The position numbers and the translations under genes were made by a program. Source: Octopus sinensis (taxonomy: Eukaryota). From it: a stretch of 64,000 nucleotides of DNA. Below, one piece after another: positions 49,875 through 63,867 of this stretch. The stretch is from assembly GCF_006345805.1 (NCBI RefSeq), contig NC_043013.1:54250001-54314000 (forward strand). The letters run 5' to 3'. The notes below the pieces were generated by a model. The model saw only the letters and a program-made list of their open reading frames with translations, had not been told where the DNA came from and did no database searches. The number at the start of each line of letters is the position of its first letter. Position 1 is the first letter of the stretch.

Positions 49875-52379
49875 TATAACCAGAAAAACCAATCAACAGC
49901 CACACACACTTATATGTGTGTGTGTGTGTGTGTGTGTATTCAAGCAATCATAGATGTATGTATTTATGAGTATGTATTCAAGAATGCTTGTGTAGACACT
50001 AGCTTTCAGCCATGTCTATATTACATTATTGGATGCTCACAAATCCAGATTATTTTGTTGATGAAATTGATGTTTTATTCATAAAATTTATCCTCATAAG
50101 TGACAAGAAATTTACAGGTCATGTGAAAAAACTGATTCCAGTAAATTCAAATTATATGATTAATAATTTTTAAGCCAGAAACTTGTTCATCCATCAAATA
50201 ACATTATAGACAACTTAGGAATCACCAGTAATCATTGAAATAACTTGTCAACGAAAAAAAAATAAGTGATCCAACCACGGAATAACTAAAAGGCGCACCA
50301 CTCTGCATTTACATTACATGTGCATATACACATGTACAAACATTTTCAGGGCTTATATTATGCTGTAGTTCTTTAAGAAATAATAGTCACCTTGGGATAA
50401 TAGTAATAAGAGATAGTATACATTTTGCAGAGAATCTGTTTAGAATTTGGCAAACCATGAATACAAAATAAGCAAACATTATTTTTTTGCTTTTGTAACA
50501 CTAGAAATATAAAGGCAAAGAAAAGAGAAGAAAATGGAAAGTTAATTTGTGTTTCACCGTTTTGAAATGTATACAGATTAGAAAGCCTTAGCACAAACGA
50601 AATGTTGGTAATATGCATGAAAATGATATGTTGTTAACAATGGCTCTGCCAAAGTAAGAATGAGGAATATTCCGTGAATATTAAGCTAGTTACATGTCAA
50701 TCTTATACAATTGGTCATTCGAGTAAATGGAGAAAAAGTGACAAGTGAAAATGTGGAGCTAGTGATGACATGTATAGTAATGGGTGGAATAGAGAATGGA
50801 ACAATGGAGAGGAATGAGTAGAAAGAATATGGTAATTTAGAACTATGATCAGAAAACCAAATGTGGTCCGTTAGGAACTTTGCATTCTACAGAATAAATA
50901 ATATCCAAAATATGGGAGAAGGCAAACATTTTGTATTAAGAAAAAAATCTCAAAAGAAAAATATTTCAGAAAATGAATCTCATGTAAGCACCAATAATGA
51001 TTATTTTGTTTTGTTTTGACCCTTTTGGTAAACATTTCTGGCAGATTTTTTTACCCCTTTTCCTTCATTATAGACAGCATCTACAAGACTTTTCTTTCTA
51101 GTTTGATGTTTTTTCTGCTCAATATACAACACACAATTAACCATATCAGAATACTGATTTTGGTAATAATAGAAATTGTTAAAGTTGGAAGAATTCTAGA
51201 AATCATATCTGATTTGGTGTTAGGGCATGGTGTTATTGTTGTTAGGCATTTATCTAAGGTCAGTCCTGATCTGCAATCAAAGACATTCCAGCTTTGACTG
51301 CCACATAAATCATTTTGACATAACAAAGCTAAAACTATATTATCCAGTGTCCTATTTTTTAAACAGTTAGAAGTTATTTGTGTGAGGTTTGACTTTTATT
51401 TCTAGCATGTAGAGATAGTACTTAGAGATTCTTTCGGTTTTAACCTGTTGTAATCCTGTAATACAAATTTGTGTTTATACTTGAAGAATCACTGGGAACT
51501 ACACAAATATTCCAAGCTGCCATATTCTTCATCATATTATTCTCATAGTAGGCTTTTGTTATTCATTAAACTTAGTAAGAATAGGAAATTATTCTTCACT
51601 GCTGACATGAGAAGTATAATAATAATAATGTTTATATCTATAGTTTAATTTAAAATTTGTTATTGATTTGTTTTAATATATTTCGAGGTTTAGCTAAATT
51701 GTTTAGTTTTTAAATTCACTTCACAACACAGTAAACATCTTGTTAGAACAAAGCTATAAAGCGGGATTTATTACAGTATTGTCTTGTTATATCATGCATC
51801 TGCACGGCGCTGCCGATGATAAATAGGATTGTAGGGTTTAGCTTCAATAAATTCATTTGCTTTTCCAATTATGTTGTGTTTTCGATCAACATTATGCAAA
51901 AGCATGGAATGCTTCATTGTGGATTGCCAACATCAAGTAAAATTGATGAGATGTTTGCATGTCCCGATGGATATTTCCAGTGTAGCCTTCCTAATAATTC
52001 TTTGACAACGAGGATTCTATCATTTTCACATGAAGGTCATTTGGTTGAGTGACTTTAATGAAAACGTTTTGTTTAATCGAAAGTGTCATGTCACTTAAAC
52101 TGGGAGGATTATAATGAAGGATATGATTCTTCTTAAAAGCATGGACAGAGACTGTAACACTACTGTCATTGTTATTTTGATACAACTTAACAACGTTCAG
52201 CTTTGTATTACAAAACCTATTCCATATCTGCATGTGTGGGCGTGTGTCAAGTGTACATATGGATACATAACTACAGAAAAGCTTACGTATATGCCAAGAA
52301 GCTTATGCACACCTTGATTATTATACATTATTACAAAGAAATCAGCAACTAATGTTGTTTATATGTGTGGGTGGGTGTG

Positions 52380-52547
52380 TAGCCACAGGTATGACTGTGT
52401 GGTAAGTAACTATCTTTGCTTCCCAACCATATGGCTCTGGGTTCAGTCCTGCTGCATGGTACCTTAGGCAAGTGTTTTTTGCTATAGCCTCAGGATGTCT
52501 GAAGCCTTAGGTGGGGATTTGACAGATGAAAACTGAAAGAAGCCTAT

Positions 52548-52618
<71 letters not shown>

Positions 52619-52822
52619 TCGTTTAACATCCACTTTCCAAGCTGTCATGGGTTGGGCGGTTTGACTGAGGTCTGCCAAGCCAGAAGGCTGTACCAGGCTT
52701 TAATCTGATCTGGCAAGGATTCTACTGCTGGATGCCCTTCCTAACACCAACCCTACTGAGAGTGTTGTGAGTGCTTTTTACGTGCCACTGGAACAAGGGC
52801 CAATCAGGCAGTACTGGCATTG
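52380..52822. mobile_element. SINE A head (+, 52380-52545), (TA)n, then RTE 3' end (-, 52616-52822)
   Basis: gtgtggtaagtaac..gggttcagtcct head; catcgtttaacatccactttccaagctgtcatgggttgggcgg. Confidence 0.75.
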
Positions 52823-53073
52823 ATTATATATATATGAAATGGTAATATCTGTAAGTTGATGATTGAAATGAATTTGTTCCTGCATTTTCTTATTTGTATT
52901 ATGAATTTACGGTAAAATATTTTACCTTCGCCCATCCGAAACAATAAATGAATTAATTGCATTGCAATTATAAGCATTTATGTATTTGCCTTTTGGGTGC
53001 TTAATCAGTAGTATATAGGATAACTGATATCCCATAGTGGGTTACCCTCATAACCCCTATCTTACTTTGTACT

Positions 53074-53120
<47 letters not shown>

Positions 53121-55099
53121 TATATATATTTGTGTGCGTTTGTGTGTCCCCTACCACTAATTGACAACTGGCATTGGTGTGTTTTACATCTCTATAACTT
53201 AGCAGTTTGATAAAAGAGATGGATAGAATAACTATCTGGCTTTAGAAAAATAAACAAGTACTAGGGTCGATTTATTTGACCAAAAAACTTTGAATGCAGT
53301 GCCCCAGCATGGCTGCAGTCCAATTATTGAAACAAGTAATCCACTTATTCCTGTATATCCAAAGAAGAGCTGTGAGAAAAACTCTTGTTATAGTCTGAGT
53401 TTCATGTGGTTGGACTCAGAGTACATGTAGAAAGCAAAACCCAAACAGTTTTTACAACATATTTATCTGCTTCTCTCTCTCTCTCTCACACACATGTTTA
53501 TTGGATGAATGAACACCTGTTGAAGTCATCTAGGGTTTAAACTATATCACATGACCAGCAACACTCACTTTTTCTTATGGATATATCAGTAATAATTTTG
53601 CTTTGGTACCACGCAGTTTTAAATTCAGCCATACTGCCTGACATCTTGTATACGTCTTACTACAAGTCTTGAATCAATGAACGCCTTGTGTGTGTGTGTT
53701 TCCATGTGCTGTTGCCTGTTTTTATGCTGTAAGTTAGAGGTTTGACAAATAGAGATTGATAAAATAAATACTGAGACCAGTATGATTGACTAAATCTTTG
53801 AAGGTGGTGCTCCAGACTGACCACAATCGAGGGAGTGAAGCTAGTAAAACAGCAAATTTTTGAAGAGGGTTGTTTTTGTGTATATTACATGCAATTAGCT
53901 GTGGAGGAATGGTTTGTAGCAGATGTCGGAATGATGCATTAAGTTCCTAAAAGAACTGGGTCAGTGGAATCAGTGAGGAATTTGGTATTGCAATAAGTCT
54001 CCAAGAAATTTCCTCTGGCAGAATTTACTGAATCTCTGCACTTTTGGGGCAGCATGAAAAAGGCTAAAATTATTGTTTATGGAACAACAAGAAAAATGTG
54101 AACTGGCATTAGCATAGTGAAACTTTATAGCATGGAATAGAGGAGAGAGGAAGGAAATCACTTTTGTTTAAAGATTAGAAGTAATGAGAGGATAAAAATG
54201 GTTTTGAGGATAGAAATGGAATTTAATCTGTATGAAGACTTGTGTAAGAGAAAGGACAATTTTTATGACAATATTCAGGTATGGAAGATATCAGAGTATG
54301 TTTTATTTAATCCTGTGTAAAACTCAGGTGTACACTAATTGTCAAGCAGAAATTCATTTACACGTTATTTTAACAATAAATAAATTCATGGTTTATGAGC
54401 CAAAAGTCCTAACAACTTCTCCACTGTTTGGCTTCAGGATCAAATTTGTAGAAACCAAAAGGCTTCCATTATTTGACTAAAAGTGAACATTTGAAGTTCT
54501 TTATTTTTCCATTTCTTCTTATATTTAATGAAAGTTAAACTGTGTCGTGGTTATTGGAATTGGCATAACTAATGAGGAACCTAATGTTTGTTCATTATGT
54601 TTGTGAAATGCCTTCTGTGAGAGATGTGTGTGTGTGTGTATGTGTGTTAAGCTTTCAGAGTGGAGATAACAGATTAAAACGTATATGTATATTTACACAT
54701 TCAACTAGTTGATTATTGCTGTGTTGTGTGTGTGTTTGGTATGAAACTTGCAATTTTGAAAGGATACATACTGCAATCATGTATGTGCACATGTGTGTGT
54801 GTGTGTGTATGTGTATATATATGTCAGCATGTATGTATTTATATATGCATGTTTATAGAAAAGATACTTTGTCCTCTGCCTACTGCTCATAAATAATTTA
54901 GAATAAAATGCAGCTATAAAATTTAGTTTATAAAACCAAAATTAAATGCTGTTTACTAAAAAACTGTAATACTTACACTGGAAATAGAAAAAGGATTAAT
55001 CAAATGTTTTTAGTAAAGTTTACTGAACTTTATTTTTTTATTAAATTTTGTAAATAATATTGTTTTTAGATGTGCTGTCTGAAGATGTTAGTGTATTTA

Positions 55100-55850
55100 A
55101 AATAGTTGAGGCATAGATCAAGAGAGGGGAGAAGATGATAAAACAATGTAGATATACATCAGTTTAATATAAATTTATTGGTTTGGCTGAATAAAACTCC
55201 TAGGAGAATGGATAAAAGTAGAAAACGAAAAATTGTAAGGGACAACAAAAGAAAGGAGAGTAATAATGAATATTAAAAACTACAAGAAAAAACTCACACG
55301 GAAATTCTAATACGAGTACTAAAACGGATAGAGAATATAAATTTGAAATTTGTTAGCAAAAACGAAATAGGAGGAAAGAAATGAAGAACAGAATTTTGAA
55401 TGAATCTTTGTTTTTGAACAAAAACGCTTGAATCATCTAAGAGGCAAATGATATGATACTGTATCTAGTAGTTCCAACAAGTTTGGAATAAAAAAAAATT
55501 TTTGTCAGCTCACAAACCTTAGTATTAGCAATAAGATGATGACAACATTTACATTAGGAATTCTGTAAATGGTAAATGTATGATAACAAAATTATCTAAA
55601 ACTTTTTGTACAGAAAAGAAAAAAAAAACCCACTAAAACAGACATCAGACGTTTTGAGATTTCTCTATGAGAAGGGAAAAAATTCTGTTTATTGAAAGAT
55701 ATTTAGAAATGAAACATGAAATTCTTTTCTTTTTATAGAAGCAGAGGAAGGAAATAAAAAGTTAAATGGATAATAATAAAAAATGCTCTTATTCAGAAGA
55801 TAAATTATAAACTTTTAGTAGAAACTAAGTAATTTTAATTAGAGCTAAAA
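55100..55850 (+). pseudogene. Possible ancient L1/Tx1-like LINE RT relic
   Basis: A-rich strand with a frameshifted NHL..ANDMILYL remnant near 55430-55470, resembling the L1 motif LFADDMILYL; otherwise unreadable. Confidence 0.3.
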
Positions 55851-56235
55851 AATAAAATGTGACCCCTACTTTAACATCCTCAGGTGGTCAATGGGTGCCT
55901 TTATTTTTGTTTATACATTTCTGTACTTTCATTACAATTTCCATCTCTTTGATTTTCATATATCTCTTAGTTTGTCCAACATGCTAATGAGTCTGTTAGC
56001 TCACCACCTTGATAGTTGAAAACACTGTCAACCGGAAATTATTTGATTTTAATTATTTTTTTTTTAAATTGCGAATATTGCAACAAACTTTTAATGCAAA
56101 TTTAGTTTTCCTTATTTGGTCTCCTTTCCCTGAAATATGTCGTTGCTACTCAGATATGATTTCCTGCTACTTGAGGTCTTCGAAAAGCTTGTATAAAACA
56201 AAATAGCAACAACAATGTAAACACAATAACAATGG

Positions 56236-56626
56236 TTACGAATTTTAGTACAAGGCCAGCAATTTTGGGGGAGGGGTTAAGTCAATTACATTCACCCCGT
56301 TGCTCAACTCAGACTTATCTTATTGACCCTGAAAGGCTAAGAGACAAAGTGGACCATGGCAGAATTTGAAATTAGAACATGAAGACAAACTTCATACTCA
56401 GTGTGCTCACAGTTCTTTTCTATTCTAAGCACAAGGCTTGAAATCTGGGAAGGTGGGGCAGTCGATTAGATTGTCCCCAGTACACAACTGGTACTTAATT
56501 TATCGACCCTAAAAGAATGAAAGGCAAAGTCGACCTCAGCAGAATTTGAACTCAGAACATAAAGACAGATGAAATACTGCTAAGCATCTCGTCTGGCATG
56601 CAAAATTTTCTGCCAGCTTGTTGCCT
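56236..56626 (-). mobile_element. Two tandem SINE family B copies
   Basis: Both carry tacaaggcc/cacaaggc tails and gaatttgaactcagaac B-box regions. Confidence 0.78.
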
Positions 56627-57506
56627 TTGTAAACATAATAAAATTTATTAGGGCCAGCAAGAATCTTTAATAAAGATGCTGGATACTTAAGGTCAAGGGT
56701 AGCGACTTGCTATCCAATAGAATGAACTGGTCTAGCACATGAGACCAAGAGATAAAAACAAGTCATAATAATGATTCCAAATTTTGGCATAAAGCCAGCA
56801 AATTTGTGGAAATTGATTCGGTCAGTTACAATGATCCCAATTTTCAACTGGTACATATTTTATAAGCTAAAAGAAGATGAAATGCAAAGCCATTCTTGGT
56901 AGAATAATAATAACCTTTACTGATGGAAATAGTCAATAAATCTAGGTTTTGTGATTATTCACAGAAAATTACTTTGGTTTCAATCTGTCTTGTCATTATA
57001 CATATTACATTGTATTTAGATTATTGGGAATTCTTGGGATCACACACACTAGTATAGCTCGTGGGGGGCAGTAGGAGCAGTCCACCCTGGGCAGCACTTT
57101 TAGGTCTGCTGTAGGCAATATGTGTTTATTGTGGGGTTCTAGGGTGGCAAATGGAAGGGATGCACTGTGATGACATCTACAGCCATGGAATTCTGTGCAA
57201 TATAACAGTCTAATAGCATCAAGTCAGCAAAGTATCTCTAAGCCCTGCTATTTAGTGGTGAGACAGTTCTTCAGGGCCACTTAGGCAGCTCAAACTAGCA
57301 ACCTCCAAAGGAAAATTCCCTGTTTTAAATAATGATGTAGAGAAGGAAATGACAAACCATCTTTAGACATTAATAGACAATAGTATTAAGAAATATAATG
57401 AAACAGCTGTATCTGTTTGGTGCTGGCACAAAATAGTACATAACCCTGATGATAATGTGAATGGAAAAGATGGGTTATGATAATGATCATGTAAGAATAT
57501 CATTTA

Positions 57507-57897
57507 CTAGCAGTATTGCCCGGCGTTGCTCGGATTTGTTTCGACCCTTTAGAATTGGAATTTTTGAAAAGTAAAACTTTTGTATTATGTAGCTTGCTAT
57601 TTTCTTTAAGTGAACATTTTTCTAGTTGAAATACACTGAAAATGGCGACACAGCAGTAAAGAAATCGTAAAAACTAGGGATTTTCATAGAAAAAAAAACA
57701 CCTTTTTGATGTAAATAATTTTTGGTGTTAACACGGTCCGATTTGAATTTTTTCTTCTATGGAAGGAAGAGCAAGCCTTCTTTATCATACTTTCAATTTT
57801 GGTCAACTTGTGCCACAGGGTCTCGGAGGAGATAGTGTTAGTTGAAGGCTACCAAACCTGCCGCACACAGACAACTTCAGCTTTATATTGAGAGAGA
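57507..57897 (-). mobile_element. Non-autonomous Helitron (subfamily 1)
   Basis: TC/CTAG ends, A|T target, colinear with 4957-5351. Confidence 0.8.
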
Positions 57898-59981
57898 TTT
57901 GAGAAATATCTAAAAGCTAAATCTACACCAGTTTTGCTTCAAATTTATTTTAATTCTTTCCATTTTCTTTACTGGGAATCACTCCCCTCCCCCATAACAT
58001 TTCTACTGAAATCAATATGTATTTGAATCATGAATTCTCACTTTAGTCCTAAATTATAAAAATGCCACTTAATTCATTTTGTGTAGATTATAGATCACAA
58101 AGACCACACAAGTTCCTTCAATGACCTCAGTGAACTGACAGGTAATGGCTACTGTTATAATGTTACAGGAACATTATTTAATGCATCAATGAATACAGGA
58201 ATTAACCAATGTTCTCTCTCAGAGTTACAACCTCAAATTACCTTAGAGGAAAGCTACAACTGTTCCCTTATATGGAATTAATTCCTAAGCTCTATGATGA
58301 TAAGTTACATAACAGTACTAATACACTAATTCAGCAATTTATTCTGGTTATAAATAGTCTAGTAAGAGAAGCAGCATGAATTGAAGCAGAATGAGGGACA
58401 GCTTGGGAACCTTTGCTTGTCAGAATCTTGTCTCCTTTAGAGACATTCTTAAACCAATATGGTTGGAGTAGATTGGAAATAGTTTGTCATGTTGTAATAA
58501 TTAATTTATATGTTCTAGAGTAGGTTATGTAATTTTAATTCAAACTTCCTCTTCCTACTTCTCCTCATCATCGTCATCATGGTTGTAATTTATTTGTAAA
58601 CAAATTTCATGTAGATAGGGAGATAAGAAAGAGATAGGTAAAATATGATGTTATAATAAATATATTGATAACAGAAAAAGTATTTGAAATGAAGAGGAAA
58701 TGTTTATTTGACCCAAGATAGTTTGGAATTCTATCACTGATTGAAATATGAATATCATTGCTAAACACCATCCTGACTACTAAATCAATACTTTTCACAA
58801 CACCAAGAATACTTGGGTGAAAACAATAACGCTCATTATTTGCAAACATATTGCCAAAAAACACTGTTGATTGTGTACGTTACACGTGGGAAGTTATAAT
58901 TACCATAATCTGAACTGAACTCACGTGAAGAATTGTTGCTGATTGGATACAGCAAAAGAAGAGTTGGAGCTGTGAGAATATATTAAAAAGAGATCTAATA
59001 CAGAACAATGCCAAGATTAGTTTGTTGCTATTTGATTTGGTTTTTAATTTACTGCTTTGTATGAAGAAAAACGATTTTCATTTTGGATTTATTTGCAATT
59101 TTTACACTGTATGCTAAAGGTTCCTTATGATAAACAGATCACTTCAGAAAATCCTGCTAATATTTTTACTAAGTCTAATATTTCATTGTAAATTAAACTT
59201 TGTGACTTCATTTACTTTTTATTTTTATTCAGATTTGACTTAACACAAATGAGAATAGATTGGTGAGAACAAATTGCTCGTTTTGCCAAAAATATACTCT
59301 TGTGGGGATTTATATATCTAAATGCAGATCACCTAAACAAAACCCTAACAATAAAACATAAATATCGCCATGTTCCAAATTATGAAGAATCAACTAATTT
59401 CTCATTGATAAGGATCTCGTTAGTAAAATTCTCTAACATTCATTTTAGCAATTTGTTTCCTTTTTATTTGTAAAGTGTGGGTGTTTCTTTGAGTAAGCAC
59501 CTGAATGGTTTCCAATGTCTGTTTAGAATTTCATTTCTCCTTCTCAAAAGCAGACCACTTCATGCAAACATGATAGAGAATCAGTTAAAGTAGATCTGAT
59601 TTTCAATAAAAAATCTTTGGTGCCAAGATAATATTTTTAAACTGAATGCAGCAAAAGTGCGACTGCCCAGCTGTGAATTGACAGCTGTTTAGATTGCACA
59701 TATATTATTAAAGTATACAATAACCAGATACACCAACAACATCAAGCACTTTATTACACATTCTGGTTGTTGTCTTTGGGATTATTCTATCATTACGTTA
59801 TTGTACATTATCTTTAATCTTTACTGCAACTTTGCATTGATTGTTTACATTTATTTACAGATACGAACACACACACACAGATGAATGTATATAAATAAAG
59901 ATGCATAATATATGTTTTTTTATCTCACTTTGTTGATAAGTTTAATAATAATAATAATAATAATAATAGTAATAGTAATAA

Positions 59982-60250
59982 TCATTTAACGTCTGTTTTC
60001 CATGCTGGCATGGGTTGGATGGTTTGACTGGAGAGCCAGCAGCTGCACCAGGCTCCAATCTGATCTGGCAATGTTTCTACAGCTGGATGCCCTTCCTAAT
60101 GCCAACCACTCCGAGAGTGTAGTGGGTACTTTTTATGCATCATCAGCACAGGAGCCAGTTGGGGTACTGGCATCAGCCACATTCGAATGGTGCCTTTTAT
60201 GTGCCACTGGCACGGGAGCCAGTCAGGTGGCTCTGGCATCAATCACATCG
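59982..60250 (-). mobile_element. RTE 3' UTR fragment next to (TAA)n
   Basis: atcatttaacgtctgttttccatgctggcatgggttggatggtttgactgg. Confidence 0.82.
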
Positions 60251-60343
60251 GCCCTAATCAAATCAAATAGAAGCAAACTAATCTTGGCATTGTTCTGTAT
60301 TAGATCTCTTTTTAATATATTCTCACAGCTTTAGCTCTTAAAG

Positions 60344-60388
<45 letters not shown>

Positions 60389-61911
60389 GTTATGATAATG
60401 ATGATAATAAAGAAGTGAAGCAGAACCAGTTTTTGTGTTTCTTATTGGAAAAAAAAAACGACCCTCCCAATATACATTTGTTTCAATATGCTATTTCACA
60501 CCAAGGATTGTGCAGCACATACAAAAATCATATACGCATGCACGCACACACACACACACACACACACACATTTATATATATTGGAGTGTCCAGTAAGTAT
60601 TAATGTATTCACTGTTATAAATATAAGTATGATGATTCTTAAATGGTAGAAAGATATGCCTAGATTTTGTTTATCTGCTTATATTTTAGTATGTCATCTA
60701 TGGTGTACAGTAAAGTTTAATCTGTTTGAAAGATAAAAGCTTTAAAAGCCTTTATGTTTGTTTATCATTGCTTACTGTATAAAATCTGAAAGGATGGTAC
60801 CGCTACAGAAGCAATGAAAGACATTTGTGGAGTATAGCCTGATTGATGAATACTTGTAAATACAGACTGTGGTTTCAAGAATTTTTCAAATGGTGGTTTT
60901 GATTGCTCTGATAAATTTGGTTCTGGAAAACAAACCATTTTGGATGATCTTTAGAAATATTTGAATTAAAATCGTCATCAAAGCACAGAAATTGAATGTG
61001 TGACATTTGACTGCATGTAAACTTGGACAAATGCAAAGAAAAGTTTTGGTTTCCTTGTTAGTTCTTGCTTGAGAACCAAACTTAATGTTCCACATTTAGG
61101 AACAGTCTCTGGTGAAGTTGCTACTGCCTCTCTTTCTTCCTACCTCAAATAATTTCTCTTCACAGTTCTTGCACTGAACACCTCCCCCATTATCTCCTTT
61201 GACTTGTTCTGAAACCTTCTGCAACTTTCCTACTGTAATTTATCTGCAAACATCCATTTTAAATACAAACTGTTTCAGTAGCTTTCAGTCTGAGAAGTCC
61301 TTCTAATGACCCCCCCCCTCTACCTCCTTCTCCTCCTTCATGTAATAATAAAACAAAAGTTCTCGAAAATACTACCCAGAAATAGTAAATATATTTCTAA
61401 ATTGTGTATGAAATCCCCTTTGATATCATTAAGTCTGTAACTGAGATAAACTTTGAACATTATAGCATCTAACATGTGAAATTACATGATATCTTCCCTC
61501 TATTTGTTACTATCATTAATTACCCAAAAGTTGGTAATTAGAGACAAAATAATAAGTTAATGAGCATTAAAGATAAGAAACTCAGTCAGATTATCAAGGT
61601 AAATAAATATTTTATAAATCCATAATTGTTTATAGAAAGAAACCACCTGAGTTTGGATTGGGTGTTATCACTGCCAAAGACATGAAATGTCACAGTCTGA
61701 GAGAAAAATCGAGGAACAATTATGAGATTGATAAATAAAATAGGGAACAAGCTTGGTCATGTGGTTGACAGGCATGCTTCACAAATACAAAAGGGTCCAG
61801 TTTCAGTCTCCACTGTATAACACCTTTTACAAGTTTCAGGTAAATCAATAATTTGTGAATGACATTTGGAAGACAGAAATTGTACAGAAGCCCATCCTTA
61901 CATACAATACA

Positions 61912-62460
61912 TGCATCATCATCAGTATCATCATCATTTAATGTCCATTGTCCATGCTGGCATGGGTTGGGTTTGACCAGAGCTGCGGGGGCTGAACAAG
62001 ACTTGTCTGATTTGGCATTGTTTTTAGAGTGTGCTGGGTGCTTTCAAGGGCACCTCATGCGTGCTTTTACATGGCACAGCATGAATGCTTTTATGCAGCA
62101 CTGCATGGGCAATTTTATGTGACACTGCCATGAGTATTTTTCTCCACCAGAGGGACCAGTCTTAATGCTTCTGCTGCAGAGTACTGGCCTTCTTGAGTAC
62201 AGCAAGGTGCCAGACATCTTAGTCCTTTATCATCTCGCCTGAAAGGTTCAGTATCCTGAGGTTGTTCTTCAGTATTTCATCCCATGTCTTCCTGAGTCTT
62301 TCACTTCCACATGTTCCATCTACTTTGAGAGATTGGCACTTCGTTATGGCACTGTCGGCATCCATCTGTATTACCTGACCAAACCAGTACAGTCTTCTCT
62401 CTTGCACACAGCAACCAATTCCTCTTATGCCTAACTTCTCTCTCAAAATACTGAACAAAG
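61912..62460 (-). mobile_element. 5'-truncated RTE LINE with a recognisable ORF end
   Basis: SILREKLGIRGIGCCVQERRLYWFGQVIQMDADSAITKCQSLKVDGTCGSERLRKTWDEILKNNLRILNL matches RTE C-terminal motifs (RRLxWxGH, GxRxRGRPRKTW); its 3' UTR links all the short catcat..ccatgc copies to this LINE. Confidence 0.85.
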
Positions 62461-62724
62461 ACAGACGAAATGCCAACAAGCATTTCACCTGGTGTGCTAA
62501 TGATTCTGCCAGTTTTCTACCTTAATAATAACAATCTGAAATTTTGTGGAAGCGGACTAGTCGATTACATCAACCCCAGTATTTCACTGGTATTTAGTTC
62601 ATCGACCCCAAAAGGATGAAAGACAAAGTCAACCTCGACTGGATTTGAACTCAGAACGTAAGGATGGATAAAATGCCATGAAGCATTTTGCCCAGCATGC
62701 TAACAAATCTGCCAGCTTGCTGCC

Positions 62725-62755
<31 letters not shown>

Positions 62756-62963
62756 TCTCAAATTTTACCTCAAGGGCAGCCATTTTGTGGGAGGGATTAA
62801 GTTGATTACATTGTCCCCAGTGTTTCACTGGTACTTAATTTATTGACCCCAAAAGGATGAATGGCAAAGTGGACCTCAGTGGAATTTGAACTCAAAATGT
62901 AGTGGCAGATGAAATATTGCTAAGCATTTCACCTGGTGTGCTAACGATTCTGCAAGCTCACTA

Positions 62964-63019
<56 letters not shown>

Positions 63020-63038
63020 TAATAATAATAATAATAAT
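62461..63038 (-). mobile_element. Head-to-tail array of SINE family B (one partial, two near complete) with (TAA)n/(GAT)n linkers
   Basis: Units at 62461-62522, 62530-62726 and 62755-62966; (AAT)n at 62967-63038. Confidence 0.8.
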
Positions 63039-63867
63039 TCTTTGCATAGTTTTTTAAAAAAATAATTTCAATGTTTCTACAGTTGCATAATAGGTAGATG
63101 TCAATGATCAACCAATTATCTCCTGCTTCCATCTCGTAAGTTTATTTTGAAAGATGTAAATTAAATGTGAAAATAGAAATATTAAGTAGTAAATTATTAA
63201 TGTCATTCAAAATAGAAACACTTACGTAAACACAAAAAGGTGTTTTAGAAAGTAACATTAACTCACAGATCCATTATGGTAAACTATAATTCTGTAATGT
63301 AATATTTTTGACAACCACATATTTTACTTAAGTCTATTTATTTCTCTGTTAAAAAATAGCAGCTGTGTCTTTAATATTTGAAATGAAAAACAAATAACAG
63401 ACATCCATTCTTCATGCAAATAGAGATAAGATATTCATAGATTTATGGAATGTATTACTATATAATTCTTTTATTTATACTAAATATGGAAATAGTAAAC
63501 ATTTCAAAGTTTTTTCTTTTGTTTTCCTAAAGTGTGGTGAATTAGAGACTCTTTTGTCTAAACTTGTAAATTCACAACTCATTAACCACAGCAAGGTAAG
63601 ACTCATAACTAATTAGTGAAGTTTCTAACAATTTTTAAAATTAAAAAAAAAAATTTAATTAAGTGTAATTTTTACCAATTAAGTAAATCACCAAGTTGTC
63701 AATATTTAATAAATCTTTTTGATTATTTCTAATTTTGATGTTTAATTTTAATCATTTTAGGACAGTTTCTGAGATGTCTCATTATTTTTCTCAAAACTAT
63801 TGATGCCATAACTATTGAAGACTTGAGAAATAGCATGTAACATCTCACCAAAACTGTCTATCAAAAT

